Below, one piece after another: positions 30,325-47,772 of a stretch of DNA of 64,000 nucleotides. The DNA is from the human T2T-CHM13v2.0 reference genome, Homo sapiens. Each line of letters begins with the position of its first letter. The first letter of the stretch is position 1. The notes under the pieces are model-generated. The model searched no databases and had not been told where the DNA came from. It worked only from the letters and a program-made list of their open reading frames with translations. Both the position numbers and the translations under genes were made by a program. The stretch is from NCBI RefSeq assembly GCF_009914755.1, contig NC_060928.1. One strand, written 5' to 3'.

Positions 30325-30580
30325 ATTACATATATATACATATATGGAAATATATGTGGAGATGTGGAGCCATATATATAGTTTTATATATATATATATG
30401 TACAGCTTTATAGAGAGAGTGAAACCCTACAATAATCCACATCTCTCTCTGTGTGTATATATATATAAATTCATATATATGAAAAAAATAAAATATATAT
30501 ATGGATATGTATGTGGAGCTATATATATACACAGAGAGAGAGAAAGCAAGAGAGGGCATGAAACCCTACAATAATCCACG
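30325..30580. repeat. (TA)/(GA)-rich region with ~140-150 bp degenerate tandem duplication
   Basis: TGAAACCCTACAATAATCCAC at 30420 and 30559; ATGTGGAGC at 30362 and 30511. Confidence 0.85.
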
Positions 30581-31507
30581 TAAATAACTGTATCTTTCTT
30601 AAACCAATTCTTCAAAAACCCGAAATAAGGCACAAGTAATAAAAAAATTAAAATACAGTCACACTACAGAAACTAGTAGATACTCTCAACTGAAACATGG
30701 TCCAAATTTCATTCCTTTACCAGAAATAAAGTTTAATGCAATACGCTGAAAGAAATGCTCTAAGTAATCAGAGGTGTAAATTTCACTGATCGTTCAATTA
30801 TTTTCTAGCTACACAGTCTCTAAATTTCAGTGTTCTTAAGTATCAAATAAGTGAGAATAGATCACCCAGTGTTTTTCCTGGTTTTCTTAGCAACTAACCT
30901 GTTTTTCAAATACAGTCTATACAGAAACTCAGTATGTTTTGAACAGATGACTGGATCTGCTCTGTTGGAATTAAGATGGAGAAACATGGTCCAGGACCTT
31001 CAGCCTTCTCTGTTACACATGGCTGTTATATAATATACCTTAACACTGTTTCAAATCAAGTACTTGCATTTATAAAATATATTAATCCTGCCTACAAATT
31101 TCAGTCTTTACACAAAAAGGAATGAAATATTATTCACCATTTTTATTCTCCATAGATTCATACAAGATAAGTTTTCAATAACTAGTTGTTGACTTCATCT
31201 GCGACAGTACCTTACATTTATGTACTATTTTACTTCTTACAAAGCATTTCTCACAGTTTCTCATTATCTCACTTGTTTTTTACCAGTAATACAGTAGGCA
31301 AGAAAAGTTTAAATGAAAGAGAAATAGGTTCTTTTTCACTCTATTATCTCTTTCTTTTTTTAAAAAAGAAAACTCCATAGTTAGGAAAAGACAAATCCAT
31401 CATACAAATTCCATCATAAATGTTTCCATTTTTATAGTACCATATATCACATATGTTCCAAATGTATATCACTGTTTCAAAAATGCTCTTGGTTTTACAT
31501 GACAGAC

Positions 31508-31619
31508 CAGAGATTCTCAACTCTGACTCTGTTGATGTCAGTTGTGACAACCAAAAATGTTTACAGGCATTGTCAAATGTCTCCTCAAAGGGCAGTCACC
31601 CTCAGTTGAGAACCACCTG
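31508..31619. mobile_element. MER20 (hAT), internally deleted
   Basis: Termini CAGAGATTCTCAAC / GTTGAGAACCACCTG; CAGTTGTGACAACCAAAAATGT...CATTGTCAAATGTC. Confidence 0.8.
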
Positions 31620-34029
31620 AAACACAAACACTAAGGTCAATTGCAGAGACCAATTCATTTCAATACACCTGCTATGTTCACAACTATTTGTATCAATTGG
31701 CCATAATGATTGTAGAGTCTGTCATTCTTTGTTTCTAATGGCCAGATAACCAACTGATCACACTAGTTCCTTCATTATAATCATAGGGAGACAGTGCAAT
31801 GAATATCTCATAGAATATACAGGCACAATTTTAGACTTTGGAAAAGACTGTGTCGCCGATTAATATTAAAGATGAAGACAGACAATCCAATACAGGGACC
31901 AGGAAAGATGTCAGCCTATAATGAATCTGTCTCAAATTACACACAATAGCAGGCTGTATAAAGAATATCATGCACTTTAATAAGTCGCAAGCAAACCAAA
32001 AGAAGGCTTTTATAGGAAACATTCTTAATAAAAACCTGGGCTACTGTCTTAAGTAAAGATGTAAGTCAATACTTCAATATTGTGCTTTACTCACAACCCT
32101 CCTATGATGCACAGGCATAGTATCAATCAACAAAGGCAGAGCTGAGCACAAGCTGGGTAGGTATAACTAAGGTCAAGTCTCTCATGATTTCTAGCAGCAG
32201 TATGTAGCTAACAGTTGTTTCAGCAATGTCTTGATTGCTACCAGTCATTGACCTTACCACTCATCCATTTCCTCACACATTTATTAAGTGATCATTTTTA
32301 TCTGGTAATAGGTAACAGATTAGAAAGTAAAAATAAGATGACCTAGGAGCTGAGCTAAGAATGTGATGTTGTATTGAGGTGAATGAGAGGCATGATACAA
32401 GAGTAATATATGAAGATGGACACTCCTTGGAAAGAAAAGTTTTAAATGAAAGGCAAAAGCATAAGGCAAATCCAAAAGTAAAAAGGAGTGACTGCTATAT
32501 TATTCGGTGCCAAAGAAGTTAAGAAAAAAATTCGATCATTTAATATTCTTAGAAAGGTATAATATTCATGTTCCTTCATATGCCATAAAAGGTATAATCA
32601 AAATACATGGATCACAGACTGTTAGAAGTATGAGAAAAATTGAACACCATACAACTGGAGAAATCACTACCCATTTATAGCTAATTTAAAAGATAGAAAT
32701 TAGGAAACTTATAGAGAATTTGAAGAACAGAATTAATAAAGTTGAGTTAATAGCTATAGTATATTGAACTTAGCACCCTACAGAGAGATACCATAAATTT
32801 TTTATTCCAGTGAACCACTGAATATGTTTTAAAAGTCACTCAATACATTGGTTGTCTGCTGTGTGCCAGGCTTTCTTCTAGTTACTATGATACAGCAAAG
32901 AAAAAAAGGATAAAATTCTCTTCATTGTACAGTACACATTCTGGTTATAAGGTAACCAAGAAACCTTCTATAAATTTCAAAGCAGAAATTGTACAGGATA
33001 CATTTTCTGGATACATCATGATGAAGGAAGAAATTAAATTATACATGGTCAAACAAAATCCTCGCTAGTTTTTTTATGTGTTTATGTCTATTTCATCCAG
33101 TCATACTAGTTCTGAGAATTTATTCCAAGAAATAACTGAAGGTGGGCATAAAGATGTACTAACAAGGGTATTCATCAAGGCATAAATTGCATTAATGCAA
33201 GTCTGATAGGGATTAAATTATAAATGTATGAAAACATTTAAAAATAATATGCTGTCATAATGTGCAGCCATTTAAAACAGAAATTTTGGGAGAATATATA
33301 ACAATGTAAAAAAAATCCTTGAACATAACAACAACAAAAAGAAAAACCAAGGATATAAACTAATGTACATAATCTGGTCACAAAGGAATAAAACACCAAT
33401 ATTAGAACCATAAATATTAGGGAATAGTAACTGTCATGAATTATAAGCCCATTAAATAAATAAATACACTTTGGAAATTTTGAAAGTTTGCTCAATTGCT
33501 TAATAATCAAAATGAAACCCAAACATCCAATTACAGATTATCTGGAATGCATCCAAAATGAAAGTAACCTCTCAACATTTATTGAACACTCACACATAGT
33601 TGGCAAATTCACACAATGACGAAATTTCAATTAGACAAGGGAAAAGAACATAAAAATATGGTTTTAGATGACAATGAAAAGGAGTCAAATGGACAATTAA
33701 TCAAGATTTGATTCTGGCAAAACGTTTTTTAAATGGTGTAGGTAGAAACCACAAAGTTAGGATGAAAAGTTACATATAACAGATGTAAAGAATATTTAGA
33801 AATTATGATACTATGCACCAGTATATTCTAACAAAGTTGATCATCTCAATGTAATGGAAAATAATTTTAAGTGAAATACTTAATAAAAAGAAAGAAACAA
33901 AAATCCTGAAACTGCTGAAAAGACTATTAGCCACGGGAGATATTCAGTTGTTATTAATATTTTAATCTAAAAAATAAATTTATTTCATCTACCAATTTTA
34001 TATTAAAGGAAGAAAAATACCTTCTTTTA

Positions 34030-34135
34030 CATATAATCTGAACACCAAACCCCGAGACACACAATTTACCCATATAACAAACCTCCACATGTACTTCCTG
34101 AACCTATAATAAAAGTTGTAAAGAAACTTTAAAAA
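34030..34135 (+). mobile_element. Old L1PA / L1PB 3' tip
   Basis: CCAAACCCCGAGACACACAATTTACCCATATAACAAACCTCCACATGTAC...AATAAAAGTT. Confidence 0.8.
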
Positions 34136-34521
34136 TATGTTTCCTACAGGAGTTGTTGGGGTGTTGGTGGAGCCCAGAACAATTTTCACTCACATATTCA
34201 TTAGAAGTAAATTTAAAAATTTTTAAATAACTCAGGAGATATTTTAAAGATAAATAATCTGCTACAAAATGACAGTTTTCTTTGAGAACTATTTGTGAAT
34301 TTGTAATGCTTTTAGAAAAAGGCATAAATAACTGCTTTTTAGGATACTTTCAGGAAATACTTTTAGGGAAAGACCTAAATAACCCCTGTTATATTTACAA
34401 TATAGATACAGATACAAGAAAAATGATTTTCTAGAGAGTGCAAAAGAGAAAAACATCCTTTGATTCAACGAAATGATTACAACCTTTTGGGAACCCCAAC
34501 CCACAATAGAAAAAATATAAA

Positions 34522-34877
<356 letters not shown>

Positions 34878-36045
34878 TCATTAGACTATTAAAAACAATA
34901 TTAACAAACCTAGCAATGATGCATCTCAGAAATATAAAATTGATTAATGTTAGAATCTCTAAAGAATAAATATTTTATCAATTGGAAAAATTAGAAAAAG
35001 AACATCTTCACAGAATTGAAAATTTATATGATAGGTTTCAATACCACCCAATTAGAAAATCAAGAATAAATTATCTCTTTAAATAAATAATATTTAGGGT
35101 AAGGAAGCCTATCATACTCAATTAGACAACATTTTATTTATGGTGAGTAACTGAAGGCACCTGTATCAAAATTAAAATCGAAAAATGTTATTTCAGGTTT
35201 ACAAAACAACAAGACATTAAACAGATATAAGCGTTACAACTATGAGAGAAAGCATGACTATTTGCAAATCATAAACTGAAAAACAAAAAATAAGAAAATC
35301 TCATTTAAATGTCCGGGAAGATAATGAAACTGAAAAAATCAGCAACTTTTCTCTGTACCAGTAACAGTTAGAAAATATAAACAGTCATAATATAATGAAT
35401 TAAAATATCCTGAATAATAAACAATAAATGTATGATATCTACATACCTTTATTAGGAGATAGAGAAATAATTAATTAGTGCTTTGTTTTTAAAAAAGAAT
35501 AAAATTATATCTTCACTGTATATCAAATAAAACAATAAAATGAAACTGCCATATAACAAATCTCTAAACGAGAGAAGTCTGTTTAGTTTAAGAAAGATTG
35601 AATAAATTATGGAAAAAAATTAAATAAAATTTAAATGATAAATTGGAAAATATTTAGAGTAAATATGTCTAAAAGGGGGTTAATCCAGAAGAGGATCTGA
35701 ACTAATATGTCATAAAAGAAGATAGAAACACAAGTAATAAACACCTCTAAAATGTTCAACCTAACTAACAATCAATTATAAACTGTATTTTTGTTGTTGT
35801 GGCAAATTAGCAAATATGTTTAAACAATAACTAAAACAGATTGTTGGCCAGCGTTCAGTAAAGACAGGCTGGTAGGAGTATAAATTAGTTCAATTATGAT
35901 TAAAAATCAATTTTAAATGGTCAAACCTATGAAAAAAGGACCTTGATCAAAATTATTTCAATTAAAAAATTACGTTATTTTAAAAGTAAAAACTATAACC
36001 TAAAATAGCATATATGCTATATGTTTTCATAGAACATATACAGTC

Positions 36046-36478
<433 letters not shown>

Positions 36479-38029
36479 TTAAAATTATATATCCTGGTCA
36501 CAGGAATAGTACTAATATTTTATTCTGCTTAATAATGCCCTATAACTAAACACATTTCTTTATTACAATATATGCAATATTTATGATGAAAATGGATATG
36601 AGTGCTTAAGTAAACAGAATACTATGCAGCAAATAAAATTATATTGTGAAAGATTATTCAGTGATATAAAATTATCATCACAGTCTGTTTAATGAGAAAA
36701 AAATACATTTAAATCAGCATTGCATCATCAACCTCTTATTATAAATAATATATAGGTACAGGGGTAAACAGGTTGAAAATATACAGCAAAATGTTAACAA
36801 TAGTAATCTAGTAATGAAATTAGAGATGATGTGTATTTTCTTATTTATGCTTATCTCAATTTTCAGAATATTCCATAATGGAAATACATCATTTTCATAT
36901 TAAAGAACATAAAAGTTATTTTTCAAATTAGCATTAAAAATAGTCTGACTTGGTTTACTGTTTTGTAAAATCCATAATCCAGGATATTAAGATGTCAGAA
37001 CAGCATTGAAATATACCTAAGAGAAAGGTAAGTGAAGGTTTAACAGGTAAAGCTTATATCTCTAGGAAAACTATTCAGTAAAGACCAGAGAGAGTAGAAC
37101 AAATCACCTAGATGCATGACAATATGCAACTTATGCTTTGTCTCTACGAAAACTGCAGTGTATTTGCCTTCTGTAGGAATATCTTAATAGGTAGTGCTAC
37201 ATGCCTTTTTCTCTGATATGCTCTCAGGATATTAAAACAGATACGTATGGATGTGTGCGTGAGTGATACCACACGTGTGGTTTCGATTTCTGACTTTTTA
37301 ATGCAACACATAAAAACTTTTACAAAATATTATGGAGAAGTTTTCTGAAATTTGTGATAAATAATTTAACAAGTGCATGTTTCAAGAGATATAATTACTA
37401 AAGAACTCTATAGTAGAGCAAATTAGAGAAAATCTTCAAAAGTAGATACATTTAAAATTGAACTTTTTAGAACAAGGAATTGGCAGGGAAGATGGTGAGA
37501 AAAATAATCTGCGATTTTAATAGAAAAAAGCTCTCTTCATAAGTCCCTTATAGACACACATGAAAATAAGTATATAGGAGAAAAAGATTAGGCCTTTTCT
37601 GAACAGGAAAGCACATTCTGAGCCTCACTGACTTTCTCTCCCAAATGGAAATGTTACCTGCCCAATATACTCACAAGAGCTGTCTGAAGGCCACACGTAA
37701 TATAGAAATTTAGGGTTAATAAAGTGATTACCAATTGTAATATGGTTGCCTTCTTTAAAAACTGCAAAAAGTACTTTTAAAAATTGTAAATATATTAACA
37801 GTAACTCATGTCTTATTTATTGAAGAAAGAGAAAATACAATCTTTGGAGTCAAAGACAACAAAGAATTTTGGAGACCAGTGTTGGATATGCAGCAGAAGA
37901 ATCCCTCAAATCACAAAATAAATTTTTAAAGGGGCACTAACTATTATTCCAGAGTTCTTAGAATCCCTAGAGAAATTCCAAACATACTGAGAGCAGGATT
38001 TAAGAGTAGACATACAGCAAAAGACACAA

Positions 38030-39640
<1,611 letters not shown>

Positions 39641-39677
39641 TGAAGAAAATTTAAAGTCTACAAGATGAACTTATGTA

Positions 39678-42300
39678 CAGCCATACCTTGGAGATATTGT
39701 GGGTTTGGTTTGAGACCATAGCAATAAAATGATTCATATGAATTGTTTGGTTTCCCAGAAGCATATTAATGTTATTATTTATACTGTACTACAGTTTATT
39801 AAATATGCAATAGCACTATGTCTAAACAATATACATACCTTAATTAAAAATATTTTACTGCTAAAAAATGCTAACAATCATCTGGGTCTTCAGCAAGTCC
39901 AAATCCTTTTGCTGGTGGAGGATCCTTGCCTAGATGTTGATGGGTGCAGACTGAGAAGGGTGGTGTTTGCAGAACCCTGAGGTGGCTGGAGCAATTTCTT
40001 CAAATACAACAACAATGAAGATTGCCTCATTGATGGATTTTACAAAGGCTTTCTCTGTAGCATGCAATGGTATTTGATGTCACTTGACCCACAGTGAAAT
40101 TTCTTTCAAAATTGGAGCAAATCCTCTCAAACCCTGCTATTGCTTTGTCAACTAAGTTTATGGAATAGTCTAAATGCTTTGTTGTCATTCCAACAATGTT
40201 CACAGCATGTTCACAGCATCTTCACCAGAAATGGATTCTGTCTCAAGAAACCACTTTCCTTCCTTATTCATAAGAAGCAATTCCTCATTCATTCAAGTTT
40301 TATCATTAAACTGCAGCACTCCACTTTGAAATCTAGTTCTCTTGCTATTTCCACTCTATCTGTAGTTACTTCCTCCACTGAAGTTTTGAACCCTACAAAG
40401 ATATTCATGAGGGTTGGAATCAACTTCTTCCAAACTCCTGTTAATGTTGATATTTTGACTCCCTCCCAAGACACAAATGTTCTTTATGGCATCTCTAATG
40501 GCAAATCCTTTCCAGAAGACTGTAAATTTACTTTACCCAGATCTATAGGAGGAGTCACTATAGATAGCAGCTATAGCCTTAGGAAATGTATCTCTTAAAT
40601 AGTAAGGCTTAAAGGTCTTGATGCATGGATCTGCTCTGTTGGCAGGCAGGAAAACAACATTAATCTCTTTATAAATCTCCATCGGAGTTCTTGGGTGACC
40701 AAGTGCATTTTCAGTAAGCAGTAATATTTTGAAAGGAATAGGCTGGGCGTGTTGGCTCATGCCTGTAATCCCAGCATTTTGGGAGGCCAAGGCAGGCAGA
40801 TCACAAGATCAGGAGATCGAGACCATCCTGGCTAACACGGTGAAACCCCGTCTCTACTAAAAATACAAAAAAATTAACTGGGTGTGGCAGACGCCTGTAG
40901 TCCCAGCTACTCTGGAGGCTGAGGCAGGACAATGGCATGAACCCAGGAGGCGGAGATTGCAGTGAGCCAAGATTGGGCCACTGTACTCCAGCCTGGGCTA
41001 ATGAGCAAGACTGTCTCAAAAAAAAAAAAAAAAAAAAGAAAGGAATATGTTTTTCTGAGCAGTAGGTCTCGACAGTGGGCTTACAATACTCAGTAAACCA
41101 TGCTATAAACAGATGTGCTCTCATCCAGGCTTTGTTATTCTATTTATAGAGCACACGTCAAGTATATTTAGCATAATTCTTAAGAGCTCTAGGATTTTCT
41201 GAATGGCAAGTATTGGCTTTAAAGTCTTCAGTTGCATTAGATACTAAGAAGAGAGATAACCTGTCTTTTAAGCTTTTAAGCCAGGTATTTACTTCTCCTT
41301 CCTAGCTATGAAACTCCTAGATGGTATCTCCTTCCAATAGAAGGCTGTTTTCTACATACTGAAAATCTGTTGTTCAGTGTTCCTCATCAATTACTTAGCT
41401 AGATCTTCTGTATAATTTACTGCAGCTTATGCATCAGCACTTGCTGCTTCACCTTGTACTTTTATGCTATGAAGGTGGCTTCTGAAACCTCATGCACTAA
41501 CCTCTGCTCACTTCTAACTTTTCTTCTGCAACCAGCTCGTCTCTCTTAGCCTTCAGATAACTGAACTAAATAAAGGCCTTGCTCTGGATTAGATTCTGGC
41601 TTAAGAGAATGTTTGGTTGATCTTCTACCCAGGCCACTAAAACATTTTCCATATCAGCAATGTCTGTTTCACTTTCCTATCACTCATGTGTCCAGTGGAG
41701 TTGCACTTTTACTTTCCTTCAAGAATTTTGCTTTTCCACTCACAAATTGGCTGTTTGGTGTAAAAGGCCTAGCTTTTGATCTGTCTTGGTTTTTGACATG
41801 CCTACCTCAGTATGTTTAATCATTTTTAGCTTTTCATTTAAAGTGAAAAATGTGAGACTATTCACTTGAACACTTAGAGACTGCTGCATGATTAGTAATT
41901 GGCCTGATTACAATATTGTTGTGTCTCAGAGATTAGGGAGACCCAAAGAAAGGGAGAAAGATGAGGGAAAGGTCAGTCAGTACAGCAGTTAGAATACACA
42001 CAATATTTACTGATTAAGCTCACTGTCTTCTATGGGCACAGCTCATGGTGCCCCAAAACAAATAAAATAGTGACATCAAAGATTACTGATCACAGATCAC
42101 TAAAACAGATATAATAATATTGAAAAAGTCAGAAATATTGAGAAAATAACCAAAATGTGACTCAGAGACATGAAGTGAGCACCTGCTGTCTGAAAAATGG
42201 CTTGCTCAACACAGGGTTACCAAAATCCTTCAATTTATTAAAAAATTGCAATATCTATAAAGTACAATAAAGTGAAGTCCATTAAAATGAGTCATTCCTG
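39678..42300 (-). mobile_element. Near full-length Tigger1 (TcMar-pogo) DNA transposon with disrupted transposase
   Basis: Termini TA|CAGCCATACCTTGG and ...GAGTCATTCCTG. Minus-strand ORF pieces [36 protein letters not shown] and [23 protein letters not shown] match Tigger1 transposase. Length is ~2.3 kb without the Alu. Confidence 0.93.
40741..41037 (+). mobile_element. AluY inserted in Tigger1
   Basis: Y features; TSD GAAAGGAATA. Confidence 0.93.
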
Positions 42301-42462
42301 AATAAAGACATTAAGTTTTTAGGGTTTTCACAAGAATAAAATTAAAATTTAAAATACCCAAATGTAGTTTATATTATATACTAACAAAAATATGTTAATA
42401 ATCACATTAGTAAACTGTAACAAAAAATGTTATGCTGAACAAAATCAGTGTCTACTACCTGA

Positions 42463-42806
<344 letters not shown>

Positions 42807-42817
42807 CACATTACAGG

Positions 42818-43133
<316 letters not shown>

Positions 43134-46026
43134 ATGTACTTAACACTAAACTAATTGTATTTTTCTCCACTCAAACTACTATGGAACTGTCAGTTGCATA
43201 GACTATTGGGACACTACAGGATTAGATTTAGTTCCAAGACATCTTTGCACATTAAGCCTCCCTCTCTCCTTTGTTATTTGCTACAAAGTTACAGTAGTGC
43301 TACAGTACAGGCCTAAAAACAAACACAAATACAGGCATGAGATGTGGTATTCTGACATAATGGCCAAGGAGTTGATTCACAATATGCTTATATTAATTTT
43401 TCAATTATCACTGAATTGAAAACAGATAATTTTTAATATTAAGGAATTCCTATAAATATGTGAAAGGACTGTGTGCTATGGGCCACCATTTGAGAAACAC
43501 TGCTCTAAACTTACCCTTTCTATTAGGAACATACATTCCTCTAAGCAACAGAGAGTAAAGTATTCATATTTGTTCCCTCCTCACTGTTCTTCAGCTTAAA
43601 CTTTAGCTCTCATTTTTCTCTTCTTTTTTGTTTCTTTGTTCTTTCATCAAGTCCCAAGAGATCACTTCACTGCCTTTCCTATGCCTTCTAGACATACTAT
43701 AATTGAACTACTTTAGTATGTTTCTCAAGCCTGAATAGACAGTTTCTTCTTTCTTATGCTAGGTATTTCTAGGACTTATTTTGTTCATTTATAGTAGTCT
43801 AGTATTTAAGAACATTTTATTAATTACTAAGAACAATAAGTTAGCCTTTAAGTTTTAATTTACCATAGTAATTATTTTTAACTTATTCAAAAATCCCCAA
43901 GTTTTAATATAAACTGTTCTAATGAATAATAAATGTAAAAAGAATGAATATCATAGATATTCAAACAATAAAGAAAATTGAAAATGTTCTCAAACATGTC
44001 CTTGGCAGGTTGGAATAAACTGCCCCCAAAAATGGTTTCAAAAGTACTCTCTGGTCAGATTTATACAAGGCAAAATGAAGAACTGGTAAAATAGCAATAA
44101 ATTCTAGAGGTAAATTCAACCTGTAGAGATAGTTAAAATAAAAATAAACCATAGATCCCAGCTATCTAAAAGACTATTTACATACACCTAATTTATCATG
44201 TAGCATTCACGAAACATTAAGTGCTGCAGAGAGCTAGCATAACCAGGATCAATTTCATTGACTATAAAAAATCAAAAAGTTTATACATGTAGCATACATA
44301 TTGACCAAACTTATACCTTCTCTTTAGGCCCCAAATATAAATATACTCTCCTCTAGTCAAGAGATGTTCATGTTTGTTTGCTTGCTTGTTTGTTTGGAAT
44401 CAAATTGTTTCTTATCCTCTCAACTAGACTCCATATTTTTGAGTACAAGATTTTCAACAAAGCCTAGAACTGGGGAGAATACAGGTATGTGTTATATAAT
44501 TTAAGACTGATTTATACATCATCTAGATGAGAAAACAAATAGACTTAAAAAATTAAATAGAAAAGGCTGCACTCTGGGAAACAAAAAAAAACCACATACA
44601 ATGAAAGAAATACAAGAAAAATTGAGATGCTTTTATGGTACTAGAGATTTCAATCTAGTTAAAGCGTTCATAATTTATATGGTTATGCTGTAATTTTAAC
44701 AAGTTGCTACCTTCTTAAAGAAACAGTATGAATATTGTTAGATCTGCATTTGAATAGCTGATCAGACTTAGAGATCAATATGATCCCACTTTCAAATTCT
44801 ATGGCAGTTTCCAAGTTTTTTATTCAAATGATCACATGTACATTTCTATATCTCGAAGGCTCAGCTTTTTCAAAATGACCTTAGGATCATAAGATCATTC
44901 TGCCTGGTTTCTCAGTTGATTGCTGTAACCGGATGCCCTTGGTCCTCATTCAAAAGATATTTATTGGGGAAATATCATAGCACACTGAAAAATCTGTGAT
45001 ATTTTATATCCTCACATTCTTATATTCTGGAGATATTTTAAATTCAACTCCCATGTAAAATTGTGGTGATTTTCAAAGCGACAATTTCAACTCTCATAGA
45101 CATTCCTTATATTTAAATTCTAGCCACTGATTTCAACTAATTTCAGCTCGATTATACAACTATACCACATGGTTAATTAATTAAAAAAATGGCCAGAGGT
45201 TATTTTTATTGGCAGACTTCAAGTTCAAAGAAAAGATGAAACTGGCTCAAACTAAAAATATATGCACATACAAATGTCACCCACCTCTTGGCTACATGAA
45301 AGAGACTGGGTATTGGAACACAGATGACAGCACTAGTACAAAGAGAAGTGTCATGGTGACTGACCCTTCTTACTTCTCCAAGTCAACACAAGCTGACACT
45401 CATTTATAGAGCTTGTGCTCTTCCTAATTACGTATATATGTTTTAGTTAAAGGAAATATATATCTTCATGTTTACTACAAGGGATTGGAATTGTAAACTT
45501 GGTTTTATAAACCATGAACACAAAAAGTAAAGTATATATTTGGAAGGAGAGAAAAAGACTACTAAGACCTGAGTTGAATATCTCCTGGGTTCAGTGGAAA
45601 ATGAAGAAATAAGTCCAGTGTATCAAAGCATTGTCTAGAGTTCTTCAGATTGAGGTACTCCAAGACACGTTATATTGAATGATACTATGGCCCACAACAT
45701 CAAATACAGCCATGTTATGGTTGGGGGTGTAAGCAGAGACTGCTGCTCAGATGCTGTAAGAAAGGATATAATTCCAGACCTTCTTAAAGTGAATGTAATG
45801 CTAACTTGTAGAAATGAGCAATTGCTCACATTATTTCAAAGCTACTATCATAGCTTATTAAACATGGTAACATCAGCGTTGAGTACACCTAATAAATGAA
45901 AGGTCATCTGAGTTTCTCTTGTTAAGGTCCATGACAATCATGGTTGGAACATGGGCTTTGGGCCACAGGTGGTGCAGGGCAGTTCTTCAATATTACCAAT
46001 GTGGCACAAAACAGACATGATGGCAA

Positions 46027-46121
46027 GTGACTCAGCTTTCACTGGCAACTAAATCACTAGGATAAGAGTACATCCTTGAAGAAACCAAGAGCCAATGGCT
46101 ACTGGTCAGTGGGGACTTTCC
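46027..46121. promoter_or_regulatory. Motif cluster: AP-1/ARE, CCAAT and perfect NF-kB site
   Basis: GTGACTCAGC (46027-46036), GCCAATGG (46091), GGGGACTTTCC (46111-46121); function inferred only. Confidence 0.35.
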
Positions 46122-47697
46122 AACCACCATCTTTAACATTTGATCCTGGAAGAGGAGTTCCATGAAGAAATCCCTCGGTTTGCTCCTATTAGTTCCACAT
46201 TGTTTAGTGCACTATTCTTCAGCTTTTTCAGCTAAACATCTTTAGTTGACAAGAAAGCCCAGTAAACCATTAACAAGTAAGTAATGCATAATTTTTGTAT
46301 ATGACCTCAATATAACTAATGAGAAAATTATATTAGATTAAAATATGAGCATTATCAACACTGATATTTACAATTAATAATAGAATTTTATATATAACTT
46401 TTCAGCTATAAGGTTTTAAAATCAGCTGTGAATTTAGCAGTATTATATGCATAAAACGGAATCATGCTAATGGCAATGCAGGCAGCCACATGTTTCTCCT
46501 GGTACCATTAAAGAAATAATTAGATACATTTATAGGGAAAAAATGTCATTATTATCCCTGTAGGGCATAATACAGCCTTTCACTTGAAATAAGTCAGCAA
46601 GTTACCTTCATGAGAAATAATGTTATATGAATATCACAGTTGGAGAACTGTTCTCTAAATACACACAGCAAGTACAAAAATTATAGCCCAATTTTGCTTA
46701 GAAATTCACCATTCCTTCCTAATGAGTGTATCTAGCTTCAAATAACATAGAAGGACAAGGTAAAGACCATAATTAAAATGACTGTATTACACAAAAAAGA
46801 ACATGCAACTTTGCACGGTAAAGACATTGTAGGTCAGCTATGAAAATCACTAAATAAAATGGCACTGTTAATTGGGCTAAATATTAGACAAGTAAAGAAT
46901 ATTCAAAACCCAATTTTTCTACTTCCATTTTCGTAACTCAGTTTTAAATAAATGCAATAATGCCGCTATCAATGTAACATCGATCTGAAAGTCCAACTTG
47001 AAAATATAGGTGTAAATCAATTTAAGGGAATATTATGCTTAGTGCCATTTGTTTCAGTGAGGGTAGAAAATAAATGCAAACTACAGTGAAAAATAAATAT
47101 AAACTAGCCAGAATCTCAAAGAAAGATGCAAGTTAAGTGTGTATGTACCTTCAGTTTCTGTTTTTTTGATCAATGATATTCATTCTAATAGTTAATATAT
47201 GTGTGTCTTCACTACTGTAAGTTTTTATTTGTATACTAATTCCTTACCAAAAAATACTTATTAGAAAAGCTATACGTATTGCTTTAGAAAGGAAGTGATA
47301 ATGATGTGTTGAACATCATTAAAGTCTACACACATGATTCCAGATTAGTGACCCTTTTCAGTCCTTGTTGCTTACAGCCATGTATATTCACATTTAAGAA
47401 CAAAAACACTTCAGACACATGCACAAAAACCGGTTATATGACCTTCTTGCTGTGTTCACCCTCCTTGACAGGTTGGCAGTATTTCTGGCATTGATTCCCT
47501 CCTGCTTATTGAAACTCTCCCGTCAGTTGGCACAGTCCTCCCTCTTACTACCCTTGAGCCTCATTTTTTTCTGATTTTTTTCCTCTCTTTCTTCAAATAC
47601 ATCTTTTTAGATATGTTCTTGAAACTGCACATTTATAAGGTGTGTTTGTAGACAAGACTATAGAAAAACTTAAATGATGCTAATGTCTATGCTTAGT

Positions 47698-47772
47698 AGC
47701 ACCACCATCGCTGCCACCGCCACCACCACCACCACCACCACCACTACCACCACCAATGCTATCATCATCATT
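47698..47772. repeat. (CAC)n/(CAT)n trinucleotide microsatellite
   Basis: CACCACCATCGCTGCCACCGCCACCACC...ATCATCATC. Confidence 0.9.

Noticed and set aside
36005-36020. 16-bp palindrome ATAGCATATATGCTAT resembling the EBV EBNA1 site core (TAGCATATGCTA)
   Set aside because: It has two extra central bases, is a single copy, and lies in TA-rich old L1 sequence; most likely slippage
40140-40598. 152-aa plus-strand ORF
   Set aside because: Antisense reading frame of the Tigger1 transposase region
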